Below are positions 38,861 to 47,970 of a stretch of DNA of 64,000 bases, in pieces. The stretch lies in contig CBDCCZ010000021.1 of assembly GCA_965215005.1 (NCBI GenBank), positions 1 through 64,000 of the forward strand, in the 5' to 3' direction. How positions within the stretch are numbered: position 1 is the first letter of the stretch; each line of letters begins with the position of its first letter. The DNA comes from Kofleriaceae bacterium. Lineage in GTDB: Bacteria; Myxococcota_A; Polyangia; Haliangiales; Haliangiaceae. The notes under the pieces are model-generated. The model searched no databases, was not told the origin of the DNA, and saw nothing but the letters and a program-made list of their open reading frames with translations. The translations under genes were made by a program, and so were the position numbers.

Positions 38861-39688
38861 ATGGCCGGCGGTGATTTGTCGATAACGGCGCTCTACACGT
38901 GTCAGACGTGGCAGTGGGCCAACTTCGGTGGCGCTGAGCTTCTGGCGAGCTCCCGGAGCCAGCAAGTATTCGATGCGACCAATGCTGCCCTTTGGTTGGC
39001 GCGCCGACTCCGCCCGGAGCTGCCGTCGCTGCCGCACAGCTTGGCGCAGCGGCACGCGATCCTCGATGCGCTCGTCGCGCAGGCGGGCTGCTCGCGCGTG
39101 CTCGAGTTGGCGGCGGGGCTCTCGCGACGTGGAGCGACCGTGTCGGCGGACCCGCACTTCGACTATGTAGAGGTCGATCTGGCCAGCGTCGTTCAGCAGA
39201 AACGCGCGCTACTGCAGCGTAGCGCAGCCGGACGCGCGGTGCTCGAGCGGCCGAACCTGCGGCTTGTGAGTGGTGACGTCGCCGCTATCGACCTCGAGGC
39301 GCTCGTTCCCGGTGCGGCGCCGGCTTGCGTGGTGGCGGAAGGGCTGCTCATGTATCTCGACGCGGCGGCGCAGCGAGCTCTTTGGACGCGGCTAGCTACG
39401 CTGCTGCGCGCACGTCCGGGCAGCTGGTTTGTGTTCGATCTGGTTCCGGCGATCGAGCAGCCGCAGCCGGGGGTGGTCGGTCGGGTTCTCGATCGCTTGT
39501 TTCAGCGCTTCACTGGGGGAGCACGATTCGCATTCGACCATCGCGGTCGGTCGGCGCTGGTCAATGAGCTGCATGCGGCTGGGTTTGCCGAGGTCGAGCT
39601 ATTTGAGCCTCATATGGCGCCTGCAGACTGGCAGCTGCCGTTTCTCGATCAACCGACACAGACGCTGGTGTTCGCGTGCCGAGCGTAG
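38861..39688 (+). CDS. Class I SAM-dependent methyltransferase (leucine carboxyl methyltransferase-like)
   Basis: SITALYT, VLELAAGLSRRG, YVEVDL, AEGLLMYL. Confidence 0.85.
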   Translation: MAGGDLSITALYTCQTWQWANFGGAELLASSRSQQVFDATNAALWLARRLRPELPSLPHSLAQRHAILDALVAQAGCSRVLELAAGLSRRGATVSADPHFDYVEVDLASVVQQKRALLQRSAAGRAVLERPNLRLVSGDVAAIDLEALVPGAAPACVVAEGLLMYLDAAAQRALWTRLATLLRARPGSWFVFDLVPAIEQPQPGVVGRVLDRLFQRFTGGARFAFDHRGRSALVNELHAAGFAEVELFEPHMAPADWQLPFLDQPTQTLVFACRA

Positions 39689-39690
39689 AC

Positions 39691-40053
39691 TCACGATAGA
39701 AGTCGTGCCACGCGCAGGAACTTGAGCCGGCTGCCGGTAATCTTGACGTCACCGCGCAGATACGCTTTCAAGCCGTTGTCTTGCCCAAGGTTGAGGCGGC
39801 GCCAGGTGTCTACCGACAGCGTGAGCGTGAATGAAGGCTTTGGATGTTGGCCGCCATGCACTTTCACGGCACCGCCATTGAGGTCGAAGTACCATGAGCC
39901 GCCAGCGTCGCCGGTGAGATGAAGCTGCGCGATGGCACCAGCCCGACCCAATCGACCGACCGAAGACCCGAGCTCTTCGAGCTGCGCGGGCAGCCACTCG
40001 AGGAAGTAGCGGTTGGGTTGATCGAGGAGCTCAGCGGGCGGAGCATCGGGCAC
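39691..40053 (-). CDS. SCP2 sterol/lipid-binding domain protein
   Basis: LTGDAGGSWYFDL...PSFTLTL...AYLRGDVKITG; start at GTG 40053 is inferred. Confidence 0.8.
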   Translation of the reverse strand: MPDAPPAELLDQPNRYFLEWLPAQLEELGSSVGRLGRAGAIAQLHLTGDAGGSWYFDLNGGAVKVHGGQHPKPSFTLTLSVDTWRRLNLGQDNGLKAYLRGDVKITGSRLKFLRVARLLS

Positions 40054-40248
40054 GGCTTCATGTACCACGGCGCAGGTGCAGCGATCGACATTCTCCGAAG
40101 CAGGCCTCACGAGGAGCGTCGGGCGGGCAAGCTCCTGCAGGCGCGCCGCAAGCGCCTCGCCCACGGGATGAGAGCTTAGCTCGCTGCGGCTGGCACAATG
40201 TCTTGCTTGCGAGCTGCCCAAGCGGCCTTGATGTCGTAGCGTTCCCGC

Positions 40249-40608
40249 ATGGCCCGAGGACTGGAAAAGCATCAAGCGCGACTGCAGCAAATATCGCTCG
40301 TGGGCAAAGACTTAGCGAGACGCGCGCGCCGCAAGTGCGAGCTATGCGAGGCATCAGAAGCGCTGCATCCATATGACACTGCGCCCGATGAGGAGCCCGG
40401 GCTCCTCACGCTCGCGTTGCTATGCGAGCGCTGCATTGCAGTTGCCGAGGGTCGTCGCGATGATCCGCGAACGCTGCGCTTTCTCGAGAATGCCGTGTGG
40501 AGCGACGTTCCGCCGGTGGCATTGGTGGCGCGGCAAATGCTCGCGACGGTGGATGCGCAGTGGGCGCGCGAGACACTAGAGATGGTACCTGACGGCTCCA
40601 GCGATTGA
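40249..40608 (+). CDS. PhnA-like zinc-binding protein
   Basis: GKDLARRARRKCELC...LLCERC...LENAVWSDVP. Confidence 0.7.
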   Translation: MARGLEKHQARLQQISLVGKDLARRARRKCELCEASEALHPYDTAPDEEPGLLTLALLCERCIAVAEGRRDDPRTLRFLENAVWSDVPPVALVARQMLATVDAQWARETLEMVPDGSSD

Positions 40609-41173
40609 CGATTCCTGTTGCGGTGTCGCCGTAGCTAGCAACGGAGCTCATCGCGGGAGTTGGACTTCTCGCGGTTCTCGCGGTTTAGGACTCTCGTCCA
40701 ATGAACCTAGGCGAGTCGCGGCACGCAAGTATCGTCGTCGAACGTGGGCATCCGCGCCAGACCTTCTGCCAGCTCGCTTGGGCTAGCAGAGGCGACACCC
40801 GCTTCGATTGGTGCCTGCGCCGCCTCGCGCCCGCGAGGATGCGTCGCACAGCAGAGCTCGAGATGCTCGTAGATTTCGCCTTCCCATGCTTCCGGTTCGT
40901 AGCTCATCGATGGTTCCCCCAGTGAATGTGTTCGTGAGAATGCGCCTCACGCGATGCCTATGAACCACGGATTGCTGAACGAGGCCAGCGGGGGCGTCGC
41001 AAAAGACGCGTTTAGGGAACTGCGCAGTGCGTCATTGACAGCTTGATCGGTGAGTTGGCGGATTGCTGGCGTGCGCTTCGCCGGCGGTCGCCAGATCTGA
41101 GCGCGCCTTTGTCACTGGAAAGTTCATGGTTGCGGCGAGTCCCGCAGCAACGTTTCAGCTATACCGATTCCCG

Positions 41174-42052
41174 GTGAATCGATTTGTTCCCGTGGTCGCG
41201 GCAGCCACCGAAGAGCAGCTCGTGGCCCTGCTTGAGTCGCTCGCCGGCCGGCGATTTGCCGTGCTCACGGGCGCCGGATGCAGCACCGAATCAGGCATTC
41301 CAGACTATCGCGGGCCAGGAACTGCTAGCCGCGCGCGCAATCCCATCCAATACCGGGCGTTCATCGATCAACCCAGTGCCCGCGTGCGCTATTGGGCCCG
41401 CAGCGTGGTCGGTTGGTCGCGACTGACTGAAGCGTTGCCCAATCCGGCGCATCATGCCCTCGCGGCGTTGGAGCGACATGGCGTCACTACGTCCCTGATC
41501 ACGCAAAACGTCGACCGGCTCCATCACGCTGCTGGAAGCCGGCGCGTCGTCGAGCTGCATGGTGCACTCGCCGAGGTTCGCTGCTTGGCGTGCCAGTCGC
41601 TCGAGACCAGGGAATCGCTTCAGCAGCGTCTTCTCGACCTCAACCCGAACTGGCTCGACCACGCGGCGGAGCTCGCGCCCGACGGTGACGCTGAGCTGAA
41701 TGAGGCGATGATGCGCGGGTTCTGCGTTGCGGATTGCATGTTCTGTCACGGGATACTCAAGCCCAACGTGGTGTTCTTTGGTGAGAGCGTGCCTCGACCA
41801 GTCGTGGATGCCGCATGGCAGGCTGTCGATGGTGCCGACGCACTGCTGGTCGTTGGCTCCTCGCTCACCGTCTATTCGGGCTTCCGCTTTGTTCGCGGCG
41901 CCGCAGAGCGAGGCTTGCCAGTCGTTATCATCAACGTGGGGTCTACGCGGGGAGATGCGTTGGCGTCACTTTCCATCGAAGCCCGCGCAGCAGAGCTGCT
42001 ACCGCGGTTGGCCGCCGCATTGGGAGCGGGCGATGGAGCGAGTGACTGCTAG
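41174..42052 (+). CDS. cobB: NAD-dependent protein deacylase (sirtuin, class II/SIRT4-like)
   Basis: [29 protein letters not shown], two Cxx[19 protein letters not shown]; start uncertain. Confidence 0.9.
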   Translation: MNRFVPVVAAATEEQLVALLESLAGRRFAVLTGAGCSTESGIPDYRGPGTASRARNPIQYRAFIDQPSARVRYWARSVVGWSRLTEALPNPAHHALAALERHGVTTSLITQNVDRLHHAAGSRRVVELHGALAEVRCLACQSLETRESLQQRLLDLNPNWLDHAAELAPDGDAELNEAMMRGFCVADCMFCHGILKPNVVFFGESVPRPVVDAAWQAVDGADALLVVGSSLTVYSGFRFVRGAAERGLPVVIINVGSTRGDALASLSIEARAAELLPRLAAALGAGDGASDC

Positions 42053-42210
42053 CGCACTGAGTTGTGCCTACCGCTGAGCGGCTGCTGAGGTAGCCAGCAG
42101 CCTCAGTAGGCGTTGCTGTGGCTGGGAGAGGAGCCGCGCACGATCGGTTGCAGTCGCACCAAATGGCTGGATTTCGGGCCGTTTCGGTCGACGTTTCCGC
42201 GTCCGAACGT

Positions 42211-42226
42211 TGGTATGCGATCTGCT
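42211..42226 (+). promoter_or_regulatory. Sigma54 -24/-12 promoter candidate
   Basis: TGGTAT-GCGAT-CTGCT, ending 27 nt before ATG 42254. Confidence 0.55.
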
Positions 42227-42253
42227 CTTGGTGCGCTCAATCAAGAGGAGATC

Positions 42254-43909
42254 ATGAAGCGCATCACCACGACTGTACTAACTGCTGTACCCGTCACACT
42301 CCTAGGCCTTGGGCTCTCTGGCTGTGACCCCGCGCCGGCCAGTCCCGCCGCTGCCTGCACCGGGAAGTGCGACTCCGGAGGTGAGCCCGTCGACTCGGCA
42401 GAGCTCGATGTCTGCGTTGCCATTCGGGGAAACGGTCCGCGAATCACCGCGCACTTTGGCGCGCTCGCCCGCATCATCGAGCACTACGGTCTCATCGATG
42501 CGACCGCCGGCGGCAGCTCGGGGAGCATCACGAGCTTTCTCTTGGAAAGCATCCAAGCCAATCCCTACGTTACTGACTGCGGCGAGTCTGTTTGTTCCAA
42601 AGACGAGGCGGCGGGGCGCGCTGCGCTCCTATTCAAGAGTTTATATGGCTACGCCAACGCTATTGGAGGGACGGAAGAGCTGGTTGCGATTCGCGCGATG
42701 AGTGAAACCTGGCGGCAAGTGCAGGAACGCGACATCGAGTCGCTGCTCAACGAAGATCCGCTGCGCGGGGTTGCTGCGCTTCGCGCGATTCTAGAATCGC
42801 CCGAGCTTCGTGACCTGATCAATGAAGAGGTCTTGGAGGTGCTGGCGCAGTCGCCAGATCCGGTGCACCACGCGCGCGATATCATTGCCGCGTTGCAGGC
42901 CGGGCTGCGGTTCGAGCCGGATGGTCCCGGGGTGTTCGTGCGCCCGGGAATCATCGATTTCGCGGCTTTCGCCGAGCGAGTTGGTCGGATTGGTACTTTT
43001 TACGCGGCGTATCCACCCGTAGACGGCTCGGCGATGGCCAATTTTCTAGACGCCTGCGCGGAGTCGGCCAGAGGGCTGTCGTGGCCCGAGGTTGCCGCGT
43101 TGCCGGCGGGAGAATCCACCTGCGGTGCGTCGTTTGCCGAGTTGGTGGCGCAGTACCGCATTGAGTTTGCGAGTGGCTCGTATCCGTCGCGTATCGATGA
43201 TCCCATCGGTACGTACATGCCCGCGCTCATCACGACCTCCGTACTCGAGGGAGACGCGGTAGCAGCGTGGCGGCAGGCGCGCGAGCGATATCTCGCGGCC
43301 GAGGAGCCGAGCTTTACCGTCAACTTCGATGACGTGAAGATTGGCTACTGGGGCCGTGCTGTCGATCTCGCGGCGCTCGAAGCCAATCCTGCCGGCTTCA
43401 CAGACCTCAAGACCGCCAAGCGTACCTCCCTTGGTGAGGCGAGCTGGCGTCACGCCTTGCGCTACTCGCCCGCGGAACCCGGCCTGGGACGAGCGGTCGA
43501 GCTCGACGACGGTCGCGTGTCGGCTGGCGGCTGGTCCGACCTCCAGCCGGTTCTTGCACTCAAGAACATCGGCTGCGAGAACGTCATCTTCTTGACCCGG
43601 CGCGGTGGGGCCGGCGGCTTTCTCGATACCGTCACGGAGATGTTGGGGATCGATGCCAACGAGCGCGCCGCGCTCTTTGCGCTCGGAAGTGCCGACAGCT
43701 CCTATTACCAGTCGATTGAAGAATCCGCTGCCGTGTGGTGCACCGATTGGGACGCACCTTCGGTCTCTGATCTCTCGGCGATGTACGCCGTGGGTTACGA
43801 GGCGCCGATGGAAAGCAACGCAGCTCGCTTCACTTCGTCGGTAGACGCATATCCCGGTGTGCGCTCGCGCCTCGATATCGCTGGCTGCACCCTTGGCGTC
43901 GACGAATAA
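42254..43909 (+). CDS. Lipoprotein with patatin-like serine hydrolase motifs
   Basis: GAGGAG RBS, LSGC lipobox, VAIRGNG glycine loop, AGGSSGS (GxSxG), AGGWSD. Confidence 0.7.
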   Translation: MKRITTTVLTAVPVTLLGLGLSGCDPAPASPAAACTGKCDSGGEPVDSAELDVCVAIRGNGPRITAHFGALARIIEHYGLIDATAGGSSGSITSFLLESIQANPYVTDCGESVCSKDEAAGRAALLFKSLYGYANAIGGTEELVAIRAMSETWRQVQERDIESLLNEDPLRGVAALRAILESPELRDLINEEVLEVLAQSPDPVHHARDIIAALQAGLRFEPDGPGVFVRPGIIDFAAFAERVGRIGTFYAAYPPVDGSAMANFLDACAESARGLSWPEVAALPAGESTCGASFAELVAQYRIEFASGSYPSRIDDPIGTYMPALITTSVLEGDAVAAWRQARERYLAAEEPSFTVNFDDVKIGYWGRAVDLAALEANPAGFTDLKTAKRTSLGEASWRHALRYSPAEPGLGRAVELDDGRVSAGGWSDLQPVLALKNIGCENVIFLTRRGGAGGFLDTVTEMLGIDANERAALFALGSADSSYYQSIEESAAVWCTDWDAPSVSDLSAMYAVGYEAPMESNAARFTSSVDAYPGVRSRLDIAGCTLGVDE

Positions 43910-43977
43910 TCCGCAAGCATGAATACCGCCGAGCTCTTTGCGCGCTCGACATGGAAACTCGGCGGTATAGTCGCGCC

Positions 43978-45060
43978 ATGTCCAATTCCTGGATGATCTA
44001 TGGCGCCAATGGCTACACCGGAGAGCTCATCGCCGAAGCTGCGGTCAAGGCGGGAGAACGGCCCGTCTTGGCTGGCCGCCGCGCCGAAGCCATTGCCCCT
44101 ATCGCAAGCCGACTCGGCCTCGAGCACGTGGTGTTCTCTCTCGATGACCCCGCTGCAATCGACAATGCGCTGAAAGAGGTCTCTGCGGTGCTGCTCACGG
44201 CGGGGCCGTTTTCCCGCACGAGCCGTCCGATGGTCGAAGCGTGCCTGCGCACGGGCACGCATTATCTCGACATCACCGGTGAAATAAGCGTCTTCGAAGA
44301 CTGCTTGCAGCGAGATGCCGCGGCCAAGCAGGCCGGCTCAGTCATCATGCCGGGCGTCGGCTTCGATGTGGTGCCCTCCGACTGCCTTGCTGCTTCACTC
44401 GCTGCTGCGTTGCCGGATGCCGATAGCCTCGAGCTCGCGTTCCGCGGCGTTGGCTCTCCCAGTCAAGGAACGGCAAAGACGATGCTCGAGACCATGCCTT
44501 CTGGCGGCGCGGTTCGCGAGAATGGTGCCATTCGGCAGGTGCCATGGGCATACAAGCGGCGTTCGGTGCCGTTCCGAGACAAGACCCGCACCGCCACAAC
44601 CATCCCCTGGGGCGATGTTTCGAGCGCGTATTACTCCACCGCTGTTCCCAACATCGCCGTTTACATGGCGATGCCCTCGCACGTGATCACGGGTATGAAG
44701 ATCGCGCGCCCGCTTGCTCCGTTGCTGGCGTTGAAGCCGGTGCAAAAGCTGCTGCGCAACCGCATCGAAGCGGGTGCACCCGGCCCAGACGAGAACCAAC
44801 GGCAGCGCGCGAAGAGTCAGCTTTGGGGGCAGGTTAGCGCTCGCGATGGTCGCTCGGTCACCGGCACTCTGGTCACACCGGAGGGATATCAACTAACGAT
44901 AGCGACCGCACTCGAGAGCGCCAAGCGGGTTGCGCGGGGAGACGTGAAGCCAGGTGCCTATACTCCTTCGATGGCGTTCGGACCGCGTTACATAACGGAG
45001 TTCGACGGCTGCGAGCTGCAGCTCGAGCAGCTGTCGGCCGCGGCCAACAGCGCCGCCTAG
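43978..45060 (+). CDS. Saccharopine dehydrogenase-like NAD(P) oxidoreductase
   Basis: IYGANGYTG, LAGR, AGPF, HYLDITGE, GFDVVPSD. Confidence 0.9.
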   Translation: MSNSWMIYGANGYTGELIAEAAVKAGERPVLAGRRAEAIAPIASRLGLEHVVFSLDDPAAIDNALKEVSAVLLTAGPFSRTSRPMVEACLRTGTHYLDITGEISVFEDCLQRDAAAKQAGSVIMPGVGFDVVPSDCLAASLAAALPDADSLELAFRGVGSPSQGTAKTMLETMPSGGAVRENGAIRQVPWAYKRRSVPFRDKTRTATTIPWGDVSSAYYSTAVPNIAVYMAMPSHVITGMKIARPLAPLLALKPVQKLLRNRIEAGAPGPDENQRQRAKSQLWGQVSARDGRSVTGTLVTPEGYQLTIATALESAKRVARGDVKPGAYTPSMAFGPRYITEFDGCELQLEQLSAAANSAA

Positions 45061-45141
45061 ACAGGCCCGAGCCAGCTGGCATCCGGCCACTCATCACGAT
45101 GGGGCCCGCTCTGCATATTGAAGTCGAGCTCGGCGCCGAGC

Positions 45142-45483
45142 TCATAGAGTAAACGCGAGATAAACACCAACAGCTCCGGCCACGCCTAACAGGTTGGCGA
45201 CCATGTCGCCGCCGGAGGCGTGATCGCCGGACTGGCGGTTATCGATGACGAGCTCCTTGACGCCCCCGATGACGAGCGTGGCGGCCGCGCTCGCAGCCGC
45301 GGCTTGCCACGGCTCGAGGCCAAGCCGACGGAGAGCCAGACTCCCGGTGAGCGTGAGTCCGTAGCTCACTGCCACGTGAGCTTGTTTGTCTTGATCGGCG
45401 AGTGAGAAACCGCGGTCGGCGCGCGCCTTCGCCGCAGGAAGACTGCAGGCAACGATGATGAGTACCACGATGGTCCGCACCAT
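45142..45483 (-). CDS. YfiM-like small membrane protein
   Basis: Signal peptide, DKQAH motif, GGVKEL.D, DMVANLLG. Confidence 0.7.
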   Translation of the reverse strand: MVRTIVVLIIVACSLPAAKARADRGFSLADQDKQAHVAVSYGLTLTGSLALRRLGLEPWQAAAASAAATLVIGGVKELVIDNRQSGDHASGGDMVANLLGVAGAVGVYLAFTL

Positions 45484-45515
45484 CAGAGAGTACTCCAAAC
45501 GCGCGGATCGTTACC

Positions 45516-46850
45516 TCACTCGCCAAATGGATACGTGTCGGGGACGCCTGCCAGCTCGGCGGTCTCTAGCGGCGTCACCGCACTGGTTTCATCGAGCCAG
45601 ATGTACTCGTCGAACTGTGCGGGCAGCCGCGCCTCATAATAGTGACTTGCAAGCTCGGTCTCCGGCCGATAAATCACGCCGATGGCCCGCTGCAGCCGCG
45701 GCGTTTCGAATACCCGGCAGGCGTCTGTATTGCCACGGAACCCGACGGTAAAGCGGGCAATGCCGCTGTCGTGACAAAGCCGCTCATAGCTGCGTTCATG
45801 GGACGGACGTATGCGCTTGAGCTGCATCGCGCCTCCCCAGTGACTGGCAGCAGCGACAGTTCCGTGGTCGGTGCCGAACCCGATCAGATACGCGTCGCGA
45901 CCGAAGCGCGCGCGGCACAGCTGGCCCACGTTGTGTTCCCCGCGGATAGCCATCTCGGTTGCAGAGGCGTCTCCGACGTGCGAGTTGTGCTCCCAAACCA
46001 CGATACGACCCTCGGGCCCGTGGTGAGCGAGGACCGCGTCGATGGTGTCGAACATGTGCTGGTCCCGCAGATTCCATGAGGGAACCGCGCCGTAGTACAT
46101 GACTCGATAGTAACGCTCGGCATTCGCCACGAGTCGCGCGTTGGCCACGGCGTCTAGAAATCGGGCTCCATCACGAGCCGCGTACTGCAGCCGCTTCTCG
46201 AGCAAGTCGCCGAGCATCTCGACCACTTCGGGCTCACACTCGCGGTGGCGACCAGTGAGCGCAGCCTTTCCGTACACCGCGGGATCTTCCTGATAGGGGG
46301 TCAAGCAGCCGTAGCGTTCGCGCGCGGTTCGCGCGGCCTCGGGATCGATGTCATCGAGATAGCGCAGCACCGCCTCTATGGACGTGTACATGCTGTACAT
46401 ATCGAGCCCGTAAACGCCAACCCGGTCGTTAGGGTTACCGACACTTCTGTTGAAGTCACGCAGCCAGTCAACGAAGTCTCGCACCTCGCGGTTGCGCCAC
46501 ATCCACCGCGGGAAGCGGGAGAACGCCGTCCAGTCCGCCGCCGAAGCGTCGAGATGCCGCACGTAGGCGTCGATTCGAGCGGCATCTGGCCAATCGGCCT
46601 CGATGGCCACCGCGCCGAAGCCCCGCTTGGTGATTAGCTCGCGCGTGAGGTGAGCGCGCATGCGATAAAACTCGGACGTGCCATGAGTGGCTTCGCCAAT
46701 GAGGACGAGCCTCGCGTCGCCGATGCGCTCGATGATCGCGGCAACGTCTTGTGTGGGCCCAACGTCCTCGAGCGGCTCGACCACCTCGGCAACCGGATGC
46801 AACGAGCCGCTCGCGGAACCTGCCGCTGACGAGGGAATGGCAGGAGACAT
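45516..46850 (-). CDS. Erythromycin esterase family protein
   Basis: LIGEATHGTSEFY, IEADWPD, FPRWMWRN, WNLRDQHM, WEHNSHVGDA, RAIGVIYRP, PDTYPFG; start uncertain. Confidence 0.9.
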   Translation of the reverse strand: MSPAIPSSAAGSASGSLHPVAEVVEPLEDVGPTQDVAAIIERIGDARLVLIGEATHGTSEFYRMRAHLTRELITKRGFGAVAIEADWPDAARIDAYVRHLDASAADWTAFSRFPRWMWRNREVRDFVDWLRDFNRSVGNPNDRVGVYGLDMYSMYTSIEAVLRYLDDIDPEAARTARERYGCLTPYQEDPAVYGKAALTGRHRECEPEVVEMLGDLLEKRLQYAARDGARFLDAVANARLVANAERYYRVMYYGAVPSWNLRDQHMFDTIDAVLAHHGPEGRIVVWEHNSHVGDASATEMAIRGEHNVGQLCRARFGRDAYLIGFGTDHGTVAAASHWGGAMQLKRIRPSHERSYERLCHDSGIARFTVGFRGNTDACRVFETPRLQRAIGVIYRPETELASHYYEARLPAQFDEYIWLDETSAVTPLETAELAGVPDTYPFGE

Positions 46851-47103
46851 TGCTGCCGCTTCGTCACCTGCGGACTCCCGTCCCTCGCACAGGTCTTGTC
46901 GCTCCACCACCTCTTCGCGCTCTCGTTGTCGGTTCTCCACGTGGTCCTCCGGGGCTAGAGCGTGTCGCAACGACACATCGTGACGGGCCCGCACCTGCGC
47001 AGCACGTAGCGGTGTGCGTTGTGTTCCGCGGTGCATGCTGCTCGACGTCGCTTGCATCCGTGATTGCAGATTTCGCACCGACGGGAGGATCCTCAGAGAG
47101 CGG

Positions 47104-47119
47104 CGGCGCATCCTTTGCA
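47104..47119 (+). promoter_or_regulatory. Sigma54 -24/-12 promoter candidate
   Basis: CGGCGC-ATCCT-TTGCA, about 40 nt before ATG 47159. Confidence 0.45.
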
Positions 47120-47158
47120 GAAACGGCCACCTACGTACCGATCACAAAGGAGACAATC

Positions 47159-47578
47159 ATGAGTCAACGCGTCAAAGAAGTGATGACCAAGAATCCATTC
47201 ACCTTGCCTGCCACGTCGTCGGCGACCGAGGCGGCCAAGGCCATGCGCGACAACGATATCGGCAATGTCCTGGTCGAGGAAAACGGGAAGATCTGCGGAC
47301 TGCTCACGGACCGCGATATCGTCGTTCGTAGCGTTGCGGAAGGGAAAGACCCCGCGCGAACTCAGCTTGGCAGTATCTGCAGTCGCGACCTCACCTCGCT
47401 CTCTCCGGATGACGATGTGGACAACGCTGTGGAGTTGATGCGCAAGAAGGCGATTCGGCGCATTCCCGTCATCGAGAACGGCAAGCCGGTGGGAATCTTG
47501 GCGCTAGGCGACTTGGCCATCGAACGGGACCGCAGGTCCGCTCTCGGCGGCATCAGCGAGGCCCGCCCCAATCACTAG
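47159..47578 (+). CDS. CBS-domain pair protein
   Basis: AGGAG RBS; AAKAMRDNDIG, GLLTDRDIV, IRRIPVIE, GILALGDL. Confidence 0.92.
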   Translation: MSQRVKEVMTKNPFTLPATSSATEAAKAMRDNDIGNVLVEENGKICGLLTDRDIVVRSVAEGKDPARTQLGSICSRDLTSLSPDDDVDNAVELMRKKAIRRIPVIENGKPVGILALGDLAIERDRRSALGGISEARPNH

Positions 47579-47631
47579 AACGCGACCTCATCCCAAATGA
47601 GAACGTCACGTGGCACGGCTGAAGAGGGTTT

Positions 47632-47964
47632 ATGTCGACTGAGCAAACACAAGAGAGTTGGTGCTCCCTCTGCCGTCGATTCGCGGAGCGTCACCGAGGC
47701 GAGCGGATCACGGTCGACACGACAGCAGCCGACGAGTGGCGCGCCGTGCTCGACCGGGCCCCGCTGCGGGAGCTCACCTTCGACCCGGAGTTGGGGATGG
47801 TGGTAACCGTTGGTGTCACCGCGCCTGGCCGCCAGCTTCGGGTCGCTCGACCTACTTCTATCGCTTGGCTCGACTCAACGGATGGTCAAAGCACGCTGCT
47901 CATTCAAGACGAAATCTATGGGAAGTTCCGTGTCCGGTGCGGAGCGACCTCGCGTCTACATTGA
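47632..47964 (+). CDS. Hypothetical protein (possibly DUF5335-like)
   Basis: W...RFAERHRG..ITV...PLRELTFD pattern; GAGGG RBS. Confidence 0.5.
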   Translation: MSTEQTQESWCSLCRRFAERHRGERITVDTTAADEWRAVLDRAPLRELTFDPELGMVVTVGVTAPGRQLRVARPTSIAWLDSTDGQSTLLIQDEIYGKFRVRCGATSRLH

Positions 47965-47970
47965 ATTGGC

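Noticed and set aside
40707..40907. 66-aa acidic small ORF with a weak RBS
   Set aside because: Could be real, but there is no motif or other support for a call.
45516..46850. Macrolide resistance gene
   Set aside because: Family-level motifs only; most members of this esterase family are not shown to confer resistance.
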